A stretch of 64,000 nucleotides of DNA from Leptothoe kymatousa TAU-MAC 1615 (GCF_018739865.1 NZ_JADOER010000004.1:501067-565066), one strand, 5' to 3'. Counted from the first letter of the stretch, positions 10,109 through 20,662 are shown. Translations and numbers: made by a program. Notes: a model not told the origin generated them from the letters alone.

Positions 10109-11722
10109 GTGAGTGTTTTGTCTCAGCCGCAGTCTATCCTGAAAAACTGGGTCTTACCAGTTCTCACAATTACCCTATTCTTTTGTCTGCGGTTTTTGTG
10201 TGACCGCAATATGGGGGCCGTTAATGAGCTCCATCATTTGCCCCTGGCTCGGCATTTTGTAGACCCAAGCTGGTTGGCCCAGGACATTTACTACAGTGAA
10301 CCACCAGGGTATCGCCTACTGTTTCAATTATTGTTTGGTCCTTTAACGGTCACCATTGGTTTCCTCGCCACCTCCATCCTGGGGCGCATCCTGGGGTATT
10401 TAGCCATTGCCGTGGGGCTCTGGACATTGGCCCGTAGCTTAGGCCTACGCTTACTCACCCTCTTGGTGGCCATTGGTTTATTTTTTTATGTGCGTGGTCC
10501 CCAGGGGGTGATGGCCGGGGAGTGGCTGATTGGTGGCATAGAACCCAAAATCTTTGCCTATGGTGCTATTTTTATGGCGCTCCATGCCATGTTGTTTGGG
10601 CGATATCTTTGGCTGACGGCATGGTTGGGGCTTGCTGCCTCGTTCCATGCCTTGGTGGGGGGGTGGACCTCCATTGCCGTGCTGGTTTGGTTGGGTTGGC
10701 GACGGTTCGATGTTTTGAGCGATGGTCGTCGGTGGTTAGCGGCCATCCCCATCTATGGGCTGACCAGTATCTTTGCCCTCATTGCCGTGCTTACCCAGCT
10801 GCTGAGCCCAGTGGAGGACAGTACTATTTCCCCCGCCTATATCTATTCATTTTTGCGCAACCCTCACCATGTGAATCCGATGGCTTGGCCAGCCGAAGAG
10901 TGGCACTATCTATTGGCCACCCTTGTTATCTTTGGTGGCAGCGCCTTCTATGTCCTGCGATCCGCCGTGCAAAAAACGCCCCAGGGGTTGCCCATCGCAA
11001 CCCGCCGTGCCGATTTTATGTGTTTTGTTCTGTGTATGCTAGTGCCATTTGGTGCTGGTATTTTGGCGGCTCCGTTTGATCAAAATGGGCAATTTTTGCA
11101 ATATTATCCCTTTCGCGTAGGGGACATTATGTTGCCCTTAGGCACAGCTTTTTTCTTGGCCTTGGCCCTAGAAAAGCTCGTGTTTCGCCATCGAAAGGGT
11201 GCGATCGCAATCGTACTCATAATCTTATTTGGCTTTGGCTTAGAAGCTACCCGTTGTTACCGAGGGGCCATTGCCCTGCAACAATTTCCCAGCCAAGAAC
11301 AGGGGGTCAATCCGCCGCTACAGGCTGCCGCCACCTGGCTAAAACAGCATGTGCCCGAGGGCCAACCGGTGGTGTCACCCCCTGTGGATCTAACCGCGTT
11401 GCCCTGGCTGTCAGATCATCCTTCCATCGCCAAGTTTCGGTTTGTGCCCAGTGCCTCCTCCGCAGATGTCCAAGCCTGGTTTGAACGTATCACCGATCTG
11501 GGGGGCGGCATCGACCTCCTGAGCTATACAGATCGCCGTACCGATGCCCGCCGTAAAATTCGTAGCGCCCTGACCGATGCCTACAACGCATTAGATACAG
11601 AGCAAATGAGCCGTTTAATGCAGAAATACCAAAGTGATTACGCCGTTACCAATGTAGAGCAGACGCTAGAGTTGCCCCTGCTCTATGAAAATGCGCGCTA
11701 TCGCATTTATGGTGTAGGTTAA
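10109..11722 (+). CDS. Polytopic membrane protein, paralogue B of the preceding gene
   Basis: 537 aa, collinear and highly similar to the 8249..9937 product. Same orientation, 170-nt spacer. Confidence 0.65.
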   Translation: MSVLSQPQSILKNWVLPVLTITLFFCLRFLCDRNMGAVNELHHLPLARHFVDPSWLAQDIYYSEPPGYRLLFQLLFGPLTVTIGFLATSILGRILGYLAIAVGLWTLARSLGLRLLTLLVAIGLFFYVRGPQGVMAGEWLIGGIEPKIFAYGAIFMALHAMLFGRYLWLTAWLGLAASFHALVGGWTSIAVLVWLGWRRFDVLSDGRRWLAAIPIYGLTSIFALIAVLTQLLSPVEDSTISPAYIYSFLRNPHHVNPMAWPAEEWHYLLATLVIFGGSAFYVLRSAVQKTPQGLPIATRRADFMCFVLCMLVPFGAGILAAPFDQNGQFLQYYPFRVGDIMLPLGTAFFLALALEKLVFRHRKGAIAIVLIILFGFGLEATRCYRGAIALQQFPSQEQGVNPPLQAAATWLKQHVPEGQPVVSPPVDLTALPWLSDHPSIAKFRFVPSASSADVQAWFERITDLGGGIDLLSYTDRRTDARRKIRSALTDAYNALDTEQMSRLMQKYQSDYAVTNVEQTLELPLLYENARYRIYGVG

Positions 11723-11725
11723 ACC

Positions 11726-12526
11726 CTAGAATTCGTACCGGGCGCCTAACTGTATGGAATGGATGAGAACCGTATCCGCATCAAAATCCGCATCAAACGC
11801 TCTAAAATTTTGCCCCGGTAGTCCGTGCAGACGGTAGCCGACAAAAGCACTGGCTTGGTCATTAATTGCATAGGCAACACCGGCTTTGGCCTGAAATACA
11901 AAGCTTGCGCCGGTATCATCTAGGGCTAAATCACCAAGGCCAGGAATGTTGGTTTCTACATCATTCGCAGTTAGGGTGGCAACACCCACACCGCCGCCAA
12001 TATAAGGGCTAAAGCGGCTATTGGTAGGAATGTCATAGTAGCCATTCACCATCACTTGAGCCGATTCAATGCCTCCATCCAGCGGAATTTCCGCTAAGTT
12101 GTTGACGGTGACTCCATTGACATCATTGTTGGTGTAAGCAACCTCTAGCTCTACCCGAGCATCATCAAAGCGGTAGCCTGCGGCACCGTTGATGCCAAAG
12201 CCCGTGTCCGTATCTAGGGAGATATCGATGGGAATATCCGTAACAATTGCAGGTCCTCCTGGAAATAGGGGTGCAGTGGTAATGGGTACCGTGCCATCGG
12301 AGGCAATATCAACAGGATAGCCAAATACCAGGTTAGGGCCTATGGAAACATACCAGCCATTGTCTCGAAATGTATCGGGGGTAGATTGCGCAATAGATTG
12401 CTCAATAGTACGGTCAATATTTGCTGGGATTTCAGATGATGTCTGGGCAAAGGCAGGCAGGGCCATGCCTACCAGGGCAAGGGTACAAATCGACGACTGG
12501 GAGAACAGATGCTTGAGAGAATACAT
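11726..12526 (-). CDS. Outer-membrane beta-barrel protein (OmpA-like or opacity-type barrel). The start is taken at MYSLK…
   Basis: Signal peptide (MYSLKHLFSQSSICTLALVGMALPAFAQT). Alternating amphipathic strands. C-terminal aromatic residue (…LGARYEF). Confidence 0.6.
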   Translation of the reverse strand: MYSLKHLFSQSSICTLALVGMALPAFAQTSSEIPANIDRTIEQSIAQSTPDTFRDNGWYVSIGPNLVFGYPVDIASDGTVPITTAPLFPGGPAIVTDIPIDISLDTDTGFGINGAAGYRFDDARVELEVAYTNNDVNGVTVNNLAEIPLDGGIESAQVMVNGYYDIPTNSRFSPYIGGGVGVATLTANDVETNIPGLGDLALDDTGASFVFQAKAGVAYAINDQASAFVGYRLHGLPGQNFRAFDADFDADTVLIHSIQLGARYEF

Positions 12527-12762
12527 ATCATCAACCTTCTGTCGTTGTGTGGATAGCCAGCAGTATGGCACTACTGTCGTAGAAGACTACAACTCCATCG
12601 GTCAACAATGGGCAAAATTGCTGAGAAACCCTAGGCAAACTTGCGGCAGGGACCACAAATCACCCTAAACACGACAAAAAACACCTAAGATTGTGGGCTT
12701 TGGTAGGCCACAATCTTAGGTGTCACAAAAAGTCTTTCAATAATACAAACTTGCAGTTGAAA

Positions 12763-14967
12763 TTAACCTAATAACAGCGCCTGGCTGCGGGCTGTGATTG
12801 CTTCTGCCGTTAAGCCATTGAAAGCAAACAACTGTCCCGCACTGGCTGTGGTGTCACCCCGTTTCCACGCCAGCACATCGCGACGAAGATTGCTGCGTAA
12901 CATAACGGGTTCTAGCATAGCGCTGGAACCACCAGTCACACCCAATACAACATCGCCGGCAAAGAGCGCATCGAAGTCAGCGTCACTTAAGAAGGTATCA
13001 TCCCCTTTGCGACAGGTTGCCCAAGCCACATCGCTGGACCGATAAAGACGACGTGGGCTCACAATGCCGACGACCTTAGAGCCGATGCCGTCTTTGGCTA
13101 AAGCGGCTGCAGCTTCTAGAACGGGCAATAGCATCATGTCGCCAACCACTGCAAAGACAACGGTTTTCTCTCCGGGCGTTTCTTGTAACACAATGGCCCC
13201 CGTTTCGATGGCGGCACGGGTTTGGGCCAGGGTGGTGCGAATGGGGAGAGGAGATTTACTAGCCGTAATGGTAATTCCTTTATTGCTAGTGTTTACGGCC
13301 CACTCATAACAGGCTTGGATGCTGTTAGCATCCACCGGAAAGAGGGGAAACACATTGCCATTGCGCATCATGGCGGCGAAGTAGTTCTCAATCTCAGGGC
13401 GCTGGTGGGTCCAGCCATTCCGGCCTTGCTCTAGGGCCCCGGCGGTAAAGAGACAAATGGTGGAAGGGGTGTCACGGCGTAATTCTGCCATGGCTTGGGT
13501 GACGGTTTGCCAAATGGGTAGGCCGTTAATGGCAAAGGATTCGTAGGAACACCACAGGCTACGACCACCAAATAGGGCTTGGGCCGCCGCCATCCCCGCA
13601 CAGGCATCTTCACTCAGGGGTTCATATACCTGACCGCCAGGGCCTTGGAAATACAGTTCATCTGGGGTGGGGTGAACGATCTTGAGGGCCTGGTTGATGT
13701 TGTTGATGCCGGAGGCCGCATTGCCATCGGCGTTGGTTACAACAAAGTTGGAGTCCTGTTGGCCCACATACCCCACCAGGGCACCCATGGCTGTGGTGGC
13801 CACCTGTTTGTCGCCCCCGACAGGAAATTCGTTTAGGGGCAGAGTGCCAAGATCGGCCAGGGGGAGTTCGGATTCTGTGACCGCAGTGTTGACGTTGGGG
13901 CCACCGTTGGCCCGCTCAAAATTGCTACGGACTAATTCCCACCCGGCGGTGGGTAGGGCTCGAGTTTTAAGGGCTGCGGCAATATAGTCTTTATCGAGGG
14001 TGTCGCCGGGGTAGAGGTTATGGGACTTGGCCCCACGCTTGTGCACCCCTGCCCCTTTGAGCTGTTTGACGATGAGCACCGTTAAAGTGCCCGAGAGAGC
14101 TTGTTTGGCTGCTTTATCGGTGGCTTCTAACAGGGCCTGGGTAAAGGCCATGCGCTGTTTTAGGGAAAAGGCTGTGCTATCGACGTAGGGGCCTGGCTGA
14201 TTAGCATCGTCGTAATCCTTGGCATCTACCAAAATCACATCTTTAAAGCCGTTGCCCTGCCAATAGGCAACCATGGCTTCGTTAGATTGGGTGGACACCA
14301 TGCTGTGGTGTTCCTGGGAGAATCCGTTCCATACCAAAATGGGGAGGAAATTGGTGGATTGGGGATAGGCCGTGGTGAAGTGGCCTATGCTGCTTATGAT
14401 GTAGGGTTCTCCCAAACCACCATCCCCAATGGTGACTGGGAAGAGGGTGCCGGGGTGCAGCTTGGCACCAGCCATGGCAAAATGTTGTCCCTGGCCTAAG
14501 GGACCGGCGGGATTTAGCAGTCCTGGGATTTGTCCAGACAGGTGACCCAATAGACCGTCGGTTTCGCGGAAGCGATCGCACATCTGACGGACGGTGTTAA
14601 TTCCCATGGCTTCTAGGGAGCGATCCAAAAAGACCGTACTGTAAAAACCAGGGGCATGGTGGCCCACTTCGGTAATCAAATTTTTATAGCCCAACATCAC
14701 CAGCGCGGCGATGCCATCGGCGATACTGGCAAAACCACCGGGGTGGCCGGACTGCTTGCTTGCTGTCATTTGTAGCGTTAAATAACGCAGCGCATCGGCG
14801 GCCAATATTGTTTGGTAAACGGCTTTCGGATCGCTGGGGGATGGGATTGCCTGATCCCCTTCACTAATGGCAGCCGACTCCAAATAGGGCATCACGTCGC
14901 TGGGGGCTTCACTGAAATATTGAATCCCTTCACAGAATGCCGGAGCAGCGTAAGCAGTTGCCGTCAT
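12763..14967 (-). CDS. Transketolase-family thiamine-diphosphate enzyme (divergent)
   Basis: 734 aa. The transketolase-like N-terminal motif SGHPGG is present, and a GDG thiamine-diphosphate loop (TIGDGGLGEPY). Not a canonical TktA by length or sequence. Confidence 0.5.
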   Translation of the reverse strand: MTATAYAAPAFCEGIQYFSEAPSDVMPYLESAAISEGDQAIPSPSDPKAVYQTILAADALRYLTLQMTASKQSGHPGGFASIADGIAALVMLGYKNLITEVGHHAPGFYSTVFLDRSLEAMGINTVRQMCDRFRETDGLLGHLSGQIPGLLNPAGPLGQGQHFAMAGAKLHPGTLFPVTIGDGGLGEPYIISSIGHFTTAYPQSTNFLPILVWNGFSQEHHSMVSTQSNEAMVAYWQGNGFKDVILVDAKDYDDANQPGPYVDSTAFSLKQRMAFTQALLEATDKAAKQALSGTLTVLIVKQLKGAGVHKRGAKSHNLYPGDTLDKDYIAAALKTRALPTAGWELVRSNFERANGGPNVNTAVTESELPLADLGTLPLNEFPVGGDKQVATTAMGALVGYVGQQDSNFVVTNADGNAASGINNINQALKIVHPTPDELYFQGPGGQVYEPLSEDACAGMAAAQALFGGRSLWCSYESFAINGLPIWQTVTQAMAELRRDTPSTICLFTAGALEQGRNGWTHQRPEIENYFAAMMRNGNVFPLFPVDANSIQACYEWAVNTSNKGITITASKSPLPIRTTLAQTRAAIETGAIVLQETPGEKTVVFAVVGDMMLLPVLEAAAALAKDGIGSKVVGIVSPRRLYRSSDVAWATCRKGDDTFLSDADFDALFAGDVVLGVTGGSSAMLEPVMLRSNLRRDVLAWKRGDTTASAGQLFAFNGLTAEAITARSQALLLG

Positions 14968-15155
14968 GGTTCTAAAACCCCTGAATTAAAGACTGGTGAA
15001 CAGTGGATCCGTAAAGCACCCCACATCGAAGTTGAATCATAGCTTATTTTCTATGGTAGTGCTTGCAACCATAGACAAAAGCATCGTTCACTACAGAAAT
15101 CCTAATTCCATGACAAACCAATGGCAGCCCGCTACCATTGAGGCATTCAAATTAT

Positions 15156-16370
15156 TTAATTGGCGATTGGGGTTTTGGGGGTGGATGCTTGCGAAAATCT
15201 TGTCACCTGCATTTTGTCTAGGAGACCATCGGAGTCGTGGGAACTGCGGCAGACCCAGCGGGCAAATCGTTGGGCGATGGGCAACAGCATGGCAAATGGA
15301 CTGGTAAATCCAGCAAATATATGCAGCCCATCCACGCCGGGTAAGGGACCTAGCAGGGGTAACCCATCGCGACTGAAGGTGACTAACGAGTGTCGCCATT
15401 GGCCCGGTGCATGGGCGAGACAAGGGAGCTGCTCCGTGATGGCCTGCCTCATGTCGGCTTCACTTGTGGCGACATCAACCGGGTTGGGGGCAAGGTCGGT
15501 GCGAAAGCGGCTAATTTGCCCAATGTAGGTGGTGCCGTCTAAAAACTGCACCACCCCTGAATCTAAAATCGGTGACGCAATTTCATGGGGCCCCCCTTCC
15601 CATAGATGGTCGGTGTTGGCGCTACTGGCGGTGTGTTCTGCCGTAAACCGCTGGGCCACAGCGGGCATGATTAATGTCTGTAGGTGGGCGTCCACCTTTG
15701 GTAAGGTGACCATCTCTGCATGGGTGTGATAAAGCGGCACCCTCAGGTTGTTACTGCGCAAGAGTTGGCGACTGTAGCCACCGGCGGCGACAACGATATT
15801 GCTGGCGGCATAGGCTTGGGTGGCGGTCAAAATCCCTGTAACTTTATTTTTTATGGTGACTAGGCCTGTAACGGTGGCCATCATTTGTTGTCCACCCAAA
15901 CGTCGAAAAGCTTGATTAAGGGCCGAGAGAGTTTTTATGGGGTTGACATGACCATGTTTGACGGTAAATGCGCCCCCTAGGTTGGCCATGGTCAGCTGGG
16001 GTTCAAGACCTTTGGCCTCTGTTGCGGAAATAAGCTGGGGTGCGATCTCAAATTTATCATATTGTTCCACTAAGCTCGTCCCATCAACCTCCACACCAAA
16101 CGTCAGCAACAAATCGAGTTCTCGAAACTCTGTCGTCGCCCCTAACTCTTCCGACAACTGTCGATGACGCTCAATTCCAAGATCACAGAGTGTTTGGGTG
16201 ATCGGATTTGTCCCAGACCAATAGGCAATTCCCCCGTAGCTACAGCGGGTGGCACTGTCAGGGTTGCCATCATCCACCAGCAATACCGACAGTCCTTGGC
16301 AGACCAGCTCATAGCTTAAAGCCGCCCCCGCTAGACCATTGCCGATTACGATCCAATCAAACGTATCCAT
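15156..16370 (-). CDS. FAD-dependent oxidoreductase (DAO or glycine-oxidase family)
   Basis: N-terminal Rossmann dinucleotide motif DWIVIGNGLAGAALSYEL…VLLVDDG. 404 aa. Confidence 0.7.
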   Translation of the reverse strand: MDTFDWIVIGNGLAGAALSYELVCQGLSVLLVDDGNPDSATRCSYGGIAYWSGTNPITQTLCDLGIERHRQLSEELGATTEFRELDLLLTFGVEVDGTSLVEQYDKFEIAPQLISATEAKGLEPQLTMANLGGAFTVKHGHVNPIKTLSALNQAFRRLGGQQMMATVTGLVTIKNKVTGILTATQAYAASNIVVAAGGYSRQLLRSNNLRVPLYHTHAEMVTLPKVDAHLQTLIMPAVAQRFTAEHTASSANTDHLWEGGPHEIASPILDSGVVQFLDGTTYIGQISRFRTDLAPNPVDVATSEADMRQAITEQLPCLAHAPGQWRHSLVTFSRDGLPLLGPLPGVDGLHIFAGFTSPFAMLLPIAQRFARWVCRSSHDSDGLLDKMQVTRFSQASTPKTPIAN

Positions 16371-16598
16371 CCAACTTCCTACCGCTGTTACCCCAAAGCA
16401 TAGTAACGCTTCTCACCGTAGGAAATAGCTCGTAGAACCGTTCTATATGCTATGGGGCCAAAATTAGCGCGCAGCCCATGGCATCTCCCATGGCATTAGG
16501 CGACCGACTTAACCCTAAAGTGAAGCCCCTGACCTATCCATAGATCAGGGGCTCGCAATATGCCAGATAGTTACGTCACTATCTACAATCGTCTATCC

Positions 16599-16817
16599 CT
16601 AAGCGGCACAACCAAAGAGACTGTCGAGATACAAACTATTCACCTGGGCCTGATTGACGCCATTCTGCATTAGAAACAAAGAAAGTGCAGCCTGCATCAT
16701 CCGTTCTTGACTCCACATTTCATGGGTATCTAAATAATCCTGCATCGATAAGTGGAGGGCTTCGGGAATTTCGACCATGAGGCTAACAGTGGTCTGACCT
16801 GTTGTAACTGGAGGCAT
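16599..16817 (-). CDS. Small hypothetical protein. Possibly a cyanobacterial DUF family. The start is taken at the internal MPPV
   Basis: About 72-aa ORF followed by an 8-bp-stem hairpin at 16528..16556. No identifiable motif. Confidence 0.3.
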   Translation of the reverse strand: MPPVTTGQTTVSLMVEIPEALHLSMQDYLDTHEMWSQERMMQAALSLFLMQNGVNQAQVNSLYLDSLFGCAA

Positions 16818-17659
16818 TGGATCTAAAGCTCCTTCAAAACATAAACACAAGCCGTTGCCAATTGAGAAAATGGAATGTCCGCAGAGCAAGCTGCGTAGCT
16901 ATGTCGTGCAGACAAAATCACACTGGAGTTAGCAACGTCCATAAAAATCTAGTGCCTAATAATTCTCCTGACCGAACATGTCAACAAGCGTGGTAGAGCA
17001 TCCTGAACGCAGTGCAACAAGGGAAAATTACTAGGTCACTTGGGTGAGTGGAGTTTTATTGTGCAAGACCCGATGGGAATTAGCAACGGGCATTAATCTT
17101 TAGATTTTCCTAACAACTTTTTTTGAAGTACGAGACAATCAGGCATGGACAGTTCTTTTCGTTACATCCATTTACGTACCCACCATGATCCCCACTACCT
17201 AAAAGTTTTCCACAGAAGTAAAAAAAATCCCGAGGCTTCGTTAATTTCTGGGGAGAACTTACGTTTACCTGTGGAAAACGTGAGGAAATCTCTGGGGAAA
17301 AACTATCGAAATATGAATAAATGTTTCGTTTGCTGCGATTGCCAGCCTAAACTCCATGTGATCAGGCCTTAGGTCCTACTGAGTAAGGGGTTCAGTCTAT
17401 GGAAATACTGTATGTATCCTGGTCGGCTTTAGCTCTTTTGTTGCGAAATATTGCAATCGACTAATTTTCTTGATCACTCAAGGAGGGGCAGCTGGTGCCG
17501 CAATGCGTAAAAAAATCCCCTGGCAAGCTGCTAGGGGACTAGGGTTGTGCTGTATTAAAAAGCAAGACCTTAATAAAGATGCTTGTTTGCCTAAGTAGGC
17601 GGCTGGTCGAGATCGATTCCTGGCGTTTGAAGGCTGTGTTCGCTTAATACTTAAAATGA

Positions 17660-17851
17660 TTACAATTCTTCCGGCACGCCAAACTTTTCAGCTAGGGCTT
17701 CAATAATCACGTCGGTCATTGTCACCCCATGTAACTTTGAGTGTGCAACCCACCACTGACGCCAACTCAGGGGGACTTTAATGCATAAATTGGCTTGTTT
17801 CTCCTCCATGGTTTCTGAAGAAGATTTTGATTTCTGCATTTGTCTATTCAT
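17660..17851 (-). CDS. Ribbon-helix-helix (CopG, Arc or ParG-like) DNA-binding protein, an orphan
   Basis: 63 aa. The C-terminal VPLSWRQWWVAHSKLHGVTMTDVIIEALAEKFG fits a beta-alpha-alpha ribbon-helix-helix (RHH) fold. No toxin or ParA partner is in the flanks. Confidence 0.45.
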   Translation of the reverse strand: MNRQMQKSKSSSETMEEKQANLCIKVPLSWRQWWVAHSKLHGVTMTDVIIEALAEKFGVPEEL

Positions 17852-18655
17852 GGTGATGGTAGTTAAAAGTGCGTCTGGAAATACTAATCCTTCCTTGAAC
17901 TATCTCGGTTGAGTTCAGAGACTAATTTGGGGAATGACTCAATCTCCAAGATCGATAACCTTGCTGCCTATGGCAGTCAGGTGCCTTCCGAAGCCTTGCC
18001 AAGGCTAGTTTCTGTATCAACATCAAGGAATAAACTTACCCATCGAAAGTTATCAATATTAACGAACGTCAACAGGCTTGATCCTCAACTGACAGTGATA
18101 CCACTGAACCTAGCTCGTGATTCAAAATGCTAATGCGAGTCTGAACAAAGCACAGAACGAGGCATTCAGTCAAAAAACCAGAATTTATATTACCTACCCA
18201 TGGCGCTGTTGAGTCACCGTAAGTTTTCGTATTTACTTCACGTCCTATGCGGTCATCTATTCGTACATTTACGGGATAAAAAGCGTTGCTGACCTACGCA
18301 AGCTATGGTGCACCATGGCCTCTCTTTAGGAACTTTCAGGGCTGTTTTCGTAGTGGTTTGAGTAAAAACCGCAATAAACCAAAAAGCCAGAAAACCAGAA
18401 AACTGTAAATCAACTGATGTCGTTATGGCGAGACATTATTTATCCTAAGTTTAAGTAGAGCGCAAGGCCGATTCAACATGATGGGGTGGTGATAGCCCCC
18501 CATCCGTGTCCTTGCACTACTGGGGGACGTGGGGGAGTTGCTTTAGCAGAACCGCATGCCATGACCATAAAAGGCTGTATTGAACAATTGTGGCAAGCCC
18601 ATACCTGTAATGGTATGTCGCTAAAATCAGCAGCTGATATAGGTTTTGTTTAAAT

Positions 18656-19432
18656 GTGTTTGGCATAGGCAACAGTGTGCATGTGACGGGCAGGAATGTG
18701 GAGGAATCAGCGATCGTGGTTTCGTTAGCTATACATCAAACAACAACAGAATTTAAGGCAATAACGGCTAAGCAATTTTTAATCCTCAAAAAAATTAAAC
18801 GCTATAGTCGTGAACGTCTTCGTCTAGATAGGTTTGTCCGCGCGCTTCCCCATTCGCCACGAGCTCGACAGCAAGACGTTTACCGATTGCAGCGGGAGAT
18901 GCAAGAGCTTCGAAACCACTGTGTAAAACTCCTAGAGGAGAACCAGCGGTTAGCCTATGAAGTAAACCACGATAGTCTTACGGGGCTATATAATCGTCGA
19001 TATTTTGACAACTATTGTCCACAGGCCTGCCAAACCGCTGCGGCCATGGGGCATCAACTATCACTCTTAGTGCTGGATATTGACCATTTTAAGGCGTACA
19101 ACGATACCCATAGCCATCAAGCCGGAGATCAATTGTTGCAGAGGCTCGGTCAGTATTTGTTGGCGCAGGTACAAACAGCTGAAAATTGTGTTGCCAGATA
19201 TGGTGGCGAGGAATTTGTAGTGGTGTTGCCTCGACATGATTTTGCTGCTGCGTATGCCATTGCCCAAACTATTCAGACTATTGTTAGTACATTCAATATT
19301 ACTGTGTCCATTGGAATTGCCTGTTATGGTATTGATGGAGCAACACCTAAGGATTTGTTCTCCTGTGCAGATCGACGTCTCTATGCAGCTAAACAAAATG
19401 GTCGAAATTGCATTGTGGGGTCTATGGAATAG
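18656..19432 (+). CDS. GGDEF-domain diguanylate cyclase with an N-terminal coiled coil
   Basis: LTGLYNRRYFD…LLVLDIDHFKAYND…RYGGEEFVVVLP…ADRRLYAAKQNGRNC. Canonical GGEEF active site. Confidence 0.85.
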   Translation: MFGIGNSVHVTGRNVEESAIVVSLAIHQTTTEFKAITAKQFLILKKIKRYSRERLRLDRFVRALPHSPRARQQDVYRLQREMQELRNHCVKLLEENQRLAYEVNHDSLTGLYNRRYFDNYCPQACQTAAAMGHQLSLLVLDIDHFKAYNDTHSHQAGDQLLQRLGQYLLAQVQTAENCVARYGGEEFVVVLPRHDFAAAYAIAQTIQTIVSTFNITVSIGIACYGIDGATPKDLFSCADRRLYAAKQNGRNCIVGSME

Positions 19433-19543
19433 GCCCACACCTATAAATTGTCGCTGATACTGTGTGATCTGTTGCACAAGCTTGTATGACACAGCTTACA
19501 GCGTATGTGATTTTTGCTGGTATGGCACTCTGTTTTCAATAAG

Positions 19544-19580
19544 AAACCCCTGTGGGCCTATGGCCCACAGGGGTTTCGGT
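19544..19580. terminator. Perfect 15-bp-stem hairpin (AAACCCCTGTGGGCC-TAT-GGCCCACAGGGGTTT) followed by a T-rich tract. A probable intrinsic terminator downstream of the GGDEF gene
   Basis: Inverted repeat read directly from the sequence. Confidence 0.6.
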
Positions 19581-20212
19581 TTAGTTATAGAGGGTTCAGA
19601 ATAAAGGGGTCAGTCTAGATATAGGGTTAGGTATAGGGGGTAATGCAATAAAGGTTTCTGTCTATGAATCTACTATAGGCAACGGGGGTAGAGGTGTCTC
19701 TGTTTGGCAATAATACCTATGGTCTGCTCACACAAGCATCAATTTTTGGGTGATTGTGCTGATGATCACAGCCAGGGATTGTAAATAGTTAGGCGCCACC
19801 GTACATTTACTGCACTTTTGTAGATGCAAAGGTACGTCTTCGGCCAAGTGGCTGAAAAAAAGACAGATTGTGTTGCTGACCTATCTACTCAATTCTGTGT
19901 GTTAATAACAGCTTTAAACTCTTTAGGGAATTAGTCTCGCTGCTAGCACTGAACTTTATCTACAAGCTCCACAATTTCCTAGATGATTTAGCGGAGCGGC
20001 ACTGCTTTAATGGATACAACGCTTTTCAAAGCTCTTTGAGCTAAATCCATTTGCCGCTTGCTGTTAAGAAATGCTGGCTTAATTAGGAGGATATCGTCAT
20101 GGTGTCCTGCTGGTTCGTGGTCGGGTGAGAACATTCATCAAAAGTTTTCTCAATCTTTAGGCTCCAGCGCTTTTTTGGCAACGGCTATTATCCATTCATG
20201 AGGGCATCCAAA

Positions 20213-20353
20213 ATGCAAAATAATCAATCCAATACTCAAGCTCAGAAACCATCTCAGCCGCTTTGGCAAACACTGACGACCGCACAGCAAGAAATCATTA
20301 AAGGCAGTGCAGGTCCTCACTTTAGACAAGGTATCCCCAATCGACGTGGTTAA
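20213..20353 (+). CDS. Small peptide P1 (46 aa), member of a tandem four-gene leader-peptide-like family
   Basis: MQNNQSNTQAQKPSQPLWQTLTTAQQEIIKGSAGPHFRQGIPNRRG. GAGGG lies 9 nt upstream of the ATG. Shares N-terminal and LWQxLTxxQQE motifs with P2-P4. Confidence 0.55.
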   Translation: MQNNQSNTQAQKPSQPLWQTLTTAQQEIIKGSAGPHFRQGIPNRRG

Positions 20354-20423
20354 TTTGAAGTCCTGGCTTGATGTCGTTCCAAATTTGATGGTTCAGCGGT
20401 TCTAATTTACGAGACTCAAAAAA

Positions 20424-20591
20424 ATGAACAATAGTCAATCCTCTGCTCAGATGCAGGGCAAATCTAGTCAGGCCCAAGCCAAACCTGCCAAGTTTTGGCA
20501 GCCATTAACCGTTGCCCAGCAGGAAGCTATGCAAGGTGGATATCGCCATGGACGTCCCATTCGGCGTGGTGAGGTCCCTACTTATTATTAA
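20424..20591 (+). CDS. Small peptide P2 (55 aa), same family
   Basis: MNNSQSSAQMQGKSSQAQAKPAKFWQPLTVAQQEAMQGGYRHGRPIRRGEVPTYY. The conserved leader-like region ends in Gly-Gly. Confidence 0.55.
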   Translation: MNNSQSSAQMQGKSSQAQAKPAKFWQPLTVAQQEAMQGGYRHGRPIRRGEVPTYY

Positions 20592-20662
20592 TGGGTTTAG
20601 GGCGAACAGCTTAAAACTCTTCTAAAGTCTGGTTTCATATTCCCTGTATAAGGTTATTTAAG

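Noticed and set aside
10522-11079. 185-aa Cys/Trp-rich plus-strand ORF and other internal ORFs inside the large membrane-protein genes
   Set aside because: Alternative-frame ORFs inside a well-supported gene whose paralogue is conserved in the main frame.
16400-18650. Search for tRNA or small-RNA genes in the long intergenic regions (also 6.4-7.6 kb and 19.4-20.2 kb)
   Set aside because: No cloverleaf-compatible sequence with conserved T-loop (GTTCRANYC) or D-loop features was found by eye. It cannot be excluded without tRNAscan or Infernal.
19590-19700. Degenerate direct repeats (aataaaggggtcagtcta / aataaaggtttctgtcta, several tataggg motifs) suspected of being a CRISPR array or MITE
   Set aside because: Repeats are short, imperfect and irregularly spaced. 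No spacer-repeat periodicity and no cas genes. Reported only as part of the non-coding accessory stretch.
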